Made by a program: the position numbers and the translations under genes. Under the pieces are notes generated by a model. That model was not told the origin of the DNA, ran no database searches, and was given only the letters and a program-made list of their open reading frames with translations. Positions 46,224 through 57,700 of a stretch of 64,000 nucleotides of DNA are shown piece after piece; position 1 is the first letter of the stretch; each line of letters starts with the position of its first letter. Location: assembly GCF_009914755.1 (NCBI RefSeq), contig NC_060925.1. One strand, written 5' to 3'. The DNA comes from the human T2T-CHM13v2.0 reference genome, Homo sapiens.

Positions 46224-47702
46224 TCTTTTTCTGTTTTCTTATGGAGAATAGCCCTTCGGTGATCAGAAGAGACACAAGAAGGAAAATAAAGATTGGATGA
46301 GTCTCAGGTCCTAGAGATACGGGGTATGTCCGAAGGCCACACAGAGGCTGGTCAGCATGAGGAGAGAGGGTTAGAGGGCGAGGACCTGTTCTGCTGCTTG
46401 TACTGGGTCTTGGATATGGGTAGAAGCCTAGATGGAGAGGAGAGAGGTTGATGGTGGTTGTGGCCATGTTGCCCCTTCCTACGGGCGGGGCGGGGGGTGT
46501 GCCCTCTGCTTTAAGTTGGGCTCCAGGGGTCACAGCTTTGAGTTTCACTCGTAAGCCCATCAGGATGTCTGGAACCTTCAGGGCTGTGGCCCAGGAATGT
46601 CAGACGCTGGAAGCCTGGGAACGGAGGAGGCAGAGCCTGCTGTCCACTGGCTGTGAGAGTTGTTGGGGTGGGGACTTGTCCAGGGCCACGAGGCCAGTGC
46701 AGTTCTCTGTGTCTCTGTACCCAGCTGGCCTGTACCTGGAGACCCTGAGCCAGAACCCAGGATGGGTCCTGGCCTGGGTGCTGCGGCTCCCTCCATTCTA
46801 TGCCCCTGGGGGAAGGTGCTCAGTGCGTGAATTGTTCCCTGCCCCAGCCCAGGGGAAAGCTGAGGCCAGGGAGCAGCCAGGATGAAGGTCAGGGCCTCCC
46901 TTGGCCCCACCAGACCCAGGGCCGCTTCCCTCCAGCCCCGGCTCCCGTTTGGCTGGAGGTGCCCTGGGCCATTGGCCTGCCCTCGTCAGCGTCAATCTTG
47001 CAGTCTCAGCAGCTGGCCTGGGTTTCAGCGGGAGCCATCCTGTAGCTGCAGGTTTTCTGGCAGGCAGAGGGTTGGGCTGGCGGGGGACACTGAGTGCCCC
47101 ACCTGCTCAGACTCTTCATGCCATCAAGGGGCCAGTCGGGGGGCAGGTGTGAGTGTGACCCTGAGGGCCCTGACCTGCCACTGCAATCCTCACACTCTTG
47201 CCTGGGTGGGGCAGGGAGGAGCTGGACCCTGGCTTTGGGAGTCTGGTGGGTAATTAGACCCAGACAGGGAGGGCTCAGTGCGGGTCTGAGGAGGGAACAC
47301 ACGTGTGCAGGCGTGTGCTCCACGGTGGCATGTTGATACAGACCAGCCTGGGCACCAGGCCCCCTCGGGAGCCAGCTTTGCTGTTCTGAGTGGAAGGGAG
47401 ATCAGGTTTCCCTGAGAAACCCCAAAATAGCCCCCAACTGTGCCTGGCTTCCAGCGGGCAGCCCAGCCCCCAGGCCCTGTTTTGCTCCCTTTCCCCCTTC
47501 ACCCCCAGCCCATGTCCTGCTGTCTCCTCCCTGAATGGTGGACCCTCAGCCCCTCCTGTACAAGGTGGTCAAGCGGTGCCTCATGCATTTGTTCATTCGA
47601 CCTGTCCTGAGAGTTTGTGACATGCTGGCACGGGGCCAATGTTGAGTCCACCAGGATGGGAGGGTGGCCAGGCTCTGAGCCACTGAGCACCAGCTGGCCA
47701 GG

Positions 47703-49615
47703 ATGGGTCTTCAACAAGAAATCTCACTGGTAAGTGATGACAGCATGAGACCAGGGTCCCATGAAGACCTGCTGGAGGGCCGCACCTCTGGGAAGGTAGA
47801 CTTGGAGCTTGGTCCAGTGAAGAGGGAACAGCACGGGGAACAGCGTGTGTGAGGGTCCCGCCATGTCTCAGCCCTTTCCTGGCCCCCGCACTTAGCCTTC
47901 GGTGCCCATCTTCAGGGTCAGGGGAAGCCCAGGCCAAAGCGGGCCGGGAAGGGGCCCTGTGGATAAGGCCGAGAGCCTGTCCCAAAATAGGGCCGGCAGG
48001 ATTTCCCACCCATAAAAGGCTCTTGGAATCTGGACCCCGGGGACCCCAGGCAGCCAGGCCCAGCTAAAACTCAGCTGCCACCACTGCCCCAGCACTCTGC
48101 CCACAGCAGCCCTGGTGTCACCACCCTGCAGAATCCTGTCAGACAACCACCGACATGGTAAGGCTGCTCTCTGTGCCCGATGGAGTCTCTGGTGGGCTGG
48201 CTGGGTAGGTTGAGCTGGAACCTGGAGGTGCAATGACCTGCCACGGAGCCTGGGCAGGAAGGGGCTGAGGTAGAAGAGGGGGCCAAGCCCTGCTGCCACC
48301 AACACAGCCCTTGTTCCGGGGCCAGGGTGGAGCAGCCCTTTCTGAAAGCTGGCTCCCAGATGGGCAGCAGCAGTGGTGGCAGGCAGGTGTGGCCCGGTGC
48401 TGGACTCTCCCTCCGGAATGCCACACAGGCTGGAGCCCAGGGTTCTGCTTCCTGGGCTGTATCCCAATCCTGGGCTGGAAGCCTTTCCCGGGCCAGGGCT
48501 GGGCTCCTCCCCACCCTGCTCTCGGCTTCCTTCACCTGCCTCACCTGGTGTCCATTGCCAGGCTCCAGGGCCGCTGCCTGGCCCGCCTGGCCCTGCAGCT
48601 GCTGCTGTTCCCTCGCACGCTGGCTCCTGCCTGTCTGGTCCTTGCCCCTGTTAGCTGCCTGGCAGAGCCCTGCTGGCCCTGCAAACCCCTGGCGTGTGAC
48701 CCCTTGTCCTGGAAGCCTGCTCTCCGCTGGGGGCCTCCTCTCTTACCACTCACCTTGAAAGGCTGCCAATGGAGGAATGGGTGCAGGGGGTACCTCTGAC
48801 CCTTCCCTGGACACAGGGGCAGAAGGGGCTCCTGGTCATGCCGGTGCGGGTGTCCCCTGCAGACAGAGCGCCTGTCGGCTGAGCAGATCAAGGAGTACAA
48901 GGGAGTCTTTGAGATGTTCGACGAAGAGGGCAACGGGGAGGTGAAGACGGGGGAGCTGGAGTGGCTCATGAGCCTGCTGGGTATCAACCCCACCAAGAGT
49001 GAGCTGGCCTCAATGGCCAAGGATGTGGACAGAGACAGTGAGCTCATGGCTGGAGTGGGGTGGGCAGCCTCGGGGGGGCCCTGGGTCAGGTCTCAGTGCC
49101 TACGGGGGGAAGAGGCAAAGCCCATGGGGAGTGCTGTGCCCCATCCCTTGAGCCCCAGCTGTGCCCCTTGCAGACAAAGGGTTCTTCAACTGCGATGGTT
49201 TCCTGGCACTAATGGGAGTTTACCATGAGAAGGCCCAGAACCAGGAGAGCGAGCTGAGGGCGGCATTCCGTGTCTTTGACAAAGAGGGCAAGGGCTACAT
49301 TGACTGGAACACACTCAAGTAGGGCCCGGGTTGGGGGCGGGTGGTGGGCGGGCACGGGCAGGGCCGATGGAGTGGCTCAGCGCCAGGCCCCGTAGGTACG
49401 TGCTAATGAACGCAGGGGAGCCCCTCAACGAGGTGGAGGCGGAGCAGATGATGAAGGAGGCCGACAAGGATGGGGACAGGACCATCGACTATGAGGGTGA
49501 GTGGCCTGGAGCCCTGGGAGCCGTTGGCTGGGCCGGGGCAAGCTGCTGACCTGCCCCTCTGTTCCCAGAGTTTGTGGCCATGATGACGGGGGAGTCCTTC
49601 AAGCTGATCCAGTAG
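47703..49615 (+). CDS. CALML6: Calmodulin-like protein 6 (calglandulin-like EF-hand protein), 181 aa, 6 coding exons
   Basis: Exons 47703-47729, 48107-48157, 48863-49037, 49174-49318, 49396-49496, 49569-49615, all GT-AG, total 546 nt. Translation MGLQQEISLQPWCHHPAESCQTTTDMTERLSAEQIKEYKGVFEMFDEEGNGEV...DKDGDRTIDYEEFVAMMTGESFKLIQ* has four EF-hand-like repeats. Confidence 0.96.
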
Positions 49616-49699
49616 GTGCAGCTGCCGCAGCCGGGGGAGGCCTGCCCGGGAAGGCTGCTGCCCCTGCCCCCTGGCCCCCACTCCCCCGGCTCCGTGTAA

Positions 49700-49705
49700 A
49701 ATAAA
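49700..49705 (+). terminator. CALML6 polyadenylation signal AATAAA
   Basis: AATAAA 85 nt after the stop codon, followed by a GT-rich element (tgtgtgtg). Confidence 0.85.
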
Positions 49706-50028
49706 TGTTCCAGCCCGACCTGTGTGTGCCTCACTGTCCCAGCCTGGGTTGGGGGGCAACAGGCAAAGGCGTGGGGCTGGAGAAGGAAAAGAGTTTTCCT
49801 GGCCCAGTCACAGAAACAGCCCCAGTCATTTCTGCCACGACACCTGACACCACCCATTGCCCAGCTCAGGGCTAGGAATGCCAGCCTGAAACCTGGACTG
49901 GGTACAGGCCGGGGACCACACGCTCGCCCTTCCTGCTTGCACTGGGGGTTGGCTGCCCAAGGGTTCCTCCCAGAGCCCTGGAGTCCCAGAGTCCTTCCCA
50001 CATAGGCAGAGACCACTTAAATACAAAC

Positions 50029-50034
50029 TTTATT
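50029..50034 (-). terminator. TMEM52 polyadenylation signal AATAAA
   Basis: Plus strand tttatt, about 270 nt downstream of the TMEM52 stop. Confidence 0.85.
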
Positions 50035-50303
50035 CTCTCTCCAAGAAGATGCAGACGTCACAGGTGGCCCTGAGCTCCCACCCGAGGCTTAGGCCCAAGG
50101 GGCCTCTTCCAGGCTGAGGGCCTGCTGGGGCTGGGCCAGGGGCTGAGGCTGAAAGCAGCAGCCTGCCTAGTGGGTGACGCCAGGGGCCGGTGTAACATGG
50201 CACCGAGGTTGGGGCCACAGCAATGTGTGGGACGGTGGGGTGGGCTGGGGCCCTTGGCTCCAAGCATTAGTTCTCCAAGCTCTGGTCCGTTCTCCTACCT
50301 CCT

Positions 50304-52300
<1,997 letters not shown>

Positions 52301-54386
52301 CGGGAGCTGGCCTGGAAAGTCGTGGCTGCCTTGGGTGTGGTCCCTCGGGTCCAGTCTCGCAGGCGGGCTCCAGGTGGACTGTAGGGTAACGCCACCAAGA
52401 TGCTGGGCATCCCGAACTTGGTGTTTGGACACTTGATTGTGGACCTGCGCTGCAGGCGCTGTCTGGGGGCTGGCCCAGGGGGCTGGAGCCTGGCCCTGGC
52501 TCTGGGCTGTTGAGGCGCTGGGTGCAGACCACTTTCCCAAAGCACTTGGCCTTGGGGGCCATGCCCCACCTGGGGAATGTGACCTCCATTCCCGAGGGCC
52601 ACAGGGAGCCCAGTGCCCTTCCCTCAGCCTGCAATGTCTGCTGCTCCCTGTGCAGGGGCAGGCCTGGGGCCATTTCTTCCAGGGGGACCCCAGACCCTTA
52701 TCCCTCTGCCACCAGGCCAGGGGCCCTGTTAGGCTCTTGGTGCCCTCTGCTCCCCGTGGGACCAACAGCACACCGTCTCTCTGGTGGTCAGGCTAAGGGA
52801 GGTGGTCAGCACAGCAAGGGGCAGGGTCCATCTTACTGCAGGAGGGGCATGCACCCCTTGCTCAGAACTGTTCCACATGTGGGCGCTGCTCAGTGTCCCC
52901 CACCCCTACAACAAGGGCAGTGACCCTGGAGGGCAGGGCCTCCTCTGCGTGGCTCTTCTGCCCATACCTGCCCCTTCACTGCATCACTCCTTCCACTGTT
53001 GGGCTCTGCCTGAAGTTGCCTTTCACCTCCCAAGGCCTGTGCCACGGTCCTCAAGGGCCCTTCCTGCCTGCCCAGCTCCCCCAGCCCCTGGCCCTTCTTC
53101 CTGCCACGTTGACTGCACTGGTCGTGGAGGCCCAGCACGGGAGTGGGAATGGGAGTGCATGTGCACAGCACAGCCTGAGGCCACAGCCCCGAGTTCCGGA
53201 AGGTGTGGGCACGGCCCCCACGCAGGAGCTGGGCGGGCCTCGCCACTCAGTACCAGAGGCCTGCCAGCAGGAGAGTCGGGTCAGGGTTTAGAAGAGAGGG
53301 GCCTATTCAGGAAACATTGCCATCCAGTAGCACCTCCTCCTGCGGCCGGGGCCTGGCCTGGACCTGGCGGAACCTGCCTTCCCCTCCCATCTGGTGTGGC
53401 GCAAGCTTGAGCCATGGTGGGTCGGCCGCAGGAAGGGCAGCAAGGGACCCATTGGACAGAAATCCTGCAAAACGCCACTGCGGGGTCAATGTCACTGGCT
53501 TGAAGTTTGGGGCAATGGCAAGTTCCTAGGCACTGTGGGCCCTGGGGGGCTGGGGGTGAGGGCAGGCAGCTCAAGACCGGCGTCCCTGAGGCCTGTGCCC
53601 AGGAAAGCTCCCAGAAGCACCATCTGCTCCCCCGACCCGGCCAGGGAAGGCTGCGTACAGTCTGCTGGTGGCTGCTGGTTGGGGTGGCACAGTGGGTGTG
53701 CTGCACTGACAGGAGGGCCAGGCTGGGTGGGCTCTGTGGGGACAGTGTCCAACAAGCCAGACTCCAGAGGGCAGGGTTGGGGTGCAGGCACCACTCTGAG
53801 CTTCAGGAGCATCTCACGGGCTGCGAGGGGTCTTCTCTGTTGAAGGGTGGGTCAGAGCCCAGAAAGCCGAGCCCAGACTTATCTCAGACAAATAGAGACT
53901 TCAGTGCAGGAGCTGGGCCTCACCTGGCCCCTGCTGGGTGGAGGGGAGGGCATGAGTAGGCTGGGGGGTCCCCACCGTCTGCTCACCTTTGCTTGGGGTC
54001 ATCCGGGGTCCTGGAACTTGGGAAAAGTCTGGAGGTTCCCGGGGCCTGCCCTGGGCTTTGCAGCCCTGCCCTCCCCACCACCCAGGCCCCTCGGTTCTGG
54101 GTCAGCCTCAGCTCTAGCTGTACCCCGGCCCTCTGGGCTGCCTGCTGCTGCTCAGGGCGCCAGGCTTGGGGGCTCTCCTTGAATTTGGGTCAGGGTGGCC
54201 TCCCCACAGGTGTCCTGCAGGATGGCCCCACTCTAGGAGGCCCTTGCCAGGCAAAGCGGGTGTCATGGCTGTGAGGGGAGGGGCTGCTTCCCCAGGGCTC
54301 TGTCCCCACCTCCCATTCTGTGCTCACCCCAGGGAATAACCTGCTGTCACCCACACTGCAGGCTGCATGTGTTGGCCTACAAAAAA

Positions 54387-54392
54387 TTTATT
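54387..54392 (-). terminator. CFAP74 polyadenylation signal AATAAA
   Basis: Plus strand tttatt, about 310 nt downstream of the TAA stop. Confidence 0.8.
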
Positions 54393-54703
54393 GACAGGCT
54401 GTGGAGGGCTCTCCTGGGGGCTGGGGGCTCTGAGGGGGTCTGGCTAGGATGGCTGAGGGCTGGCCTGGCCTTCTCGCTGCTTCTGAGTCTGGGGTCTCAG
54501 GAGGGGTGCTCTTGGATGTCCCTGGGCTTGCGGGGTCCAGGGCAGCAGGAAGTGGCCGTGGCGCCATGTGGAGGGCGGCCTATTGGAATCTGACTGGCAG
54601 AGGATGGCCAGGTCCCAGGCTCTAGGGTAGTATGACCTGGCCCTCAGCCTGGGGAGGGCTTTGAGGGTGGACAGGAGGGCCCGAGGGTGCTCTGTGCAGA
54701 GGC

Positions 54704-57700
54704 TTAGGGGCCAGTCAACACCTGGGCTACAAAGATGACCTTGTAGGTCTCCTTCACATCCCCCCTTAGCTGCAGCAGGGCCGACACCATGAGTGGGTGG
54801 TCTGGCTGGAACAGGAGGGGAGGGGAGAAGAGGCCTTCAGTCAGTGGGCACCCAGAGGAGATCTGCTGTCTTCCCACTGCCCTGCCCACCTGACTCCCTT
54901 GGGTCCTCCACGGCCACCTCCTCCCCTGGGACTGGGCAGGGGTGTCAGCCCACCCAGCCTTTGGCGTTCCCAGGGCTCCCTGGCCTGGAGCCCAAAGGCA
55001 CCTACATCAAAGTCCGCAGGTGGCACCCAGGAGATGCTGATGGTCTTCGTCTGGCCGCGCTCCACGGAGCCCCTGGAGGGCTCAATGGAGAAACCCTTGT
55101 GCTGCAGGGATGCGACGCTGTCTATGCTGAACTCAACGGTCTGTGGGGTATGGGGCTCCTGTAGGCTGGCGACCAGGCACCGCTCCCAGAAGCAGTGGGA
55201 CTAGGGGTGAGGGTGCCCAGCTCCACTCACCCTCCCAGCTCTGACCAGGCTGCCCACCCCACAGCTGCCACAGGAAGTCCGAGAAAAGCCCGGCTGTCGG
55301 GACAAGCCCAGTGAGGGGCAAGGCCAGGAGGGTCAGGGCTGCCCAGGGCAGGGGAGGCCGAGGGGGCTGCCTGGTGTCCCCAGGGGCAGTGCTGTGGGCA
55401 CCTTCTTTGGAGATGGCTGGGTGGTCCGGATACAGCCCACCTGCAGCTCTCGGGTGGCAGGTGGGGCTGGCGTGTCTGTGTCAAACTGGATGTAGTCCAG
55501 GGTCACCAGGATGGGCCTCAGCTCCTCAGCTTCTGGAGAGAGAGGGCCTGGCCGGGAGCTGGCTGGAGGGGTGTGGCCAGGGGAGCTGTTCAGGGTCAGG
55601 CTGAGGCATGGGGTGAGGCTGCAGCTGGACTCCTGAACTCTGGTTAGCAGTGGCTGTCCTGCTTGGCTCTGGGGTAGAAGGCTGGGAATCCCTGCCCTGC
55701 TCCGCTGGGTCTCGGGGCCCCCATCCACGGGACAGGGGCACCGGGAGGCCCCGTGTCTGTTCCCTCCCTGGGGAGGGGCTCACCCTCTCTGTGCCTGGGG
55801 TCAAATACAGGGATCGCTGTCAGAGACTCCACGGGCACGTCCAGGGGGTCGCCGCCCTCCACGAACATCATGTGCTGACAGGCGGCACCCTTCAGCAGGA
55901 TCTGGTGGGAGATTTTCTGGGGACAAGAAGTGGAGTGGCCTTGTCCCCGAAGCTCGGCGGCAGGGGTCCTGCTGGTGAGAGCTGGGCTGGCTCAGGGAAG
56001 GAAGCAGGGACGGCCTGGGGGCCCCGTGGGGCCCTGGACTCTGGTCTTTCCACTGACGGCCCTCAGTGTGGTGCTGAGTCCCCCAGCCATGGTACCCTCA
56101 GGGCCTCCAAAGTGGAGCAGTGCAGCCAAAGGCAAGGCCCTGCGTGGGGCCAGGGCCGGGCCGGGCTGAGCTTGCAGAGCCAGAGCCGCACCTTTTCAAA
56201 GAGCACCACCTGGAGCTTGTCGGAGAAGTAGAGGCTTTCGTGGTCGGGGCTGAAGGTGACAGTGAAGTCTTGTGTCTTCCCGGGGTCCATGACGCCCTTG
56301 ACGGGGGCCACGCTGAACACGCTCTGACCGTTGAGATTCTGCGTCCCTGCGGGTAGGGTGGGGTGCAGTTTGGCCTTCTCCACCTGCAATCACTGTCTGC
56401 CCTCCAAGCCTTGCTGCATAGAGCTCTGCACCCTGCCCGCCCCCCTGCAGAGCCCCTGTCCTGCCCGGTCCCCCCAATGGCCTTGCGCCCCCCACTCCTC
56501 CCATGGATCCAAGCGCCCACCCCCCCCATCTCACCAACCGCCCCCTCCAGCTCACTGCCCACCCCCCCAGCTCACCGCCCACCCCCCACCTCACCAACTG
56601 CCCCCACCCAGCTCACCGCCCGCGCCCGCCAGCTCACCGACCACCCCCCAGCTCACAGCCCACCCCCCCATCTCACCGCCCAGCCCCCCCATCTCACCAG
56701 CTGCCCCCTCCCGGGCACACCGCCCACCCCCCCATCTCACCAACCACCCCCCTCCAGCTCACCACCCGCCCCTGCCAGTTCACCCTGCAGCCCATCTCAT
56801 TGCCCAGCCCCCTATCTCACCAACTGTCCCCCTCCAGGCCACTGCCTACTCCCCCAGCTCACCGCCCACCCCCGCAGCTCACCACCCACCCCCCACCCCC
56901 CGCTCACCGACCACCTCCGTCCTCTGGGAGGGCGAGCTGAGGAACTGCGGCAGCTGCTGCTGGCCCCGGCCCCGGGTGCTGGAGAGGCTGTCCAGGTGCA
57001 TGGAGAACTTGATGGGGAGCAGAGAGTTGTTCTGCAGCTGCAGAGAGCAGGCCGCGGTCACTGCCCGCCAGCCCCTGCCTGGCTGCCCCCTTCCTGTCGT
57101 CGGTGCCCAGGACTTGGCTGGTGCTATGAGGCCACACCCAAGTGGGGACCCGGGTGGCCTGATGACGCCAGCACACGTGGCGGTTTATTGAGCTGTGTGC
57201 CAACATCCCTTCTTCCAGCCTCTCATCAGCCTTTGCTAGGCCGGGGCTCGGCTTCCCTGCCTAGGGTGCGTGGACAGCTCTGGGGTGTCACCTGTCCTCC
57301 AGGGTGCCTGAGTCTCGCTCAGGCCCAGCTTAGCTGAACCCACGTCCCCACCTGTGTCCTCCCTGCCCTCACCCCCTCTCCTTAGAGCACCCTTTCTCCA
57401 TGCAACGCCCGTCTCGGGCTCTGCCTCCAGGACCCGCCCTGAGCCAGGCGGAGAAGCAGGTGTCCCTCCCGGACCCACACTCGTGCGAAGGCATGAGGGC
57501 ACACGCTGGTGCGAAGGCATGAGGGCACACGCTGGTGTGAAGGCATGAGGGCACACACTGGTCCAAAGGCATGAGGGCACACACTGGTGCGGAGGCATGA
57601 GGGCACACACTGGTGCGAAGGCATGAGGGCACACGCTGGTGCGAAGGCATGAGGGCACGCAGGGCAGGGCGAAGGCATGAGGGCACGCAGGGCAGGGCGA

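Noticed and set aside
48101-48109. NAGNAG (CAGCAG) tandem acceptor at CALML6 exon 2
   Set aside because: Common, would change only one Gln, and is irrelevant if this exon is mainly a first exon
49319-49568. 72- and 77-nt GC-rich CALML6 introns as possible mirtrons
   Set aside because: Only partial end-to-end pairing by eye; G-rich 5' ends are ordinary in short introns; small-RNA reads would be needed
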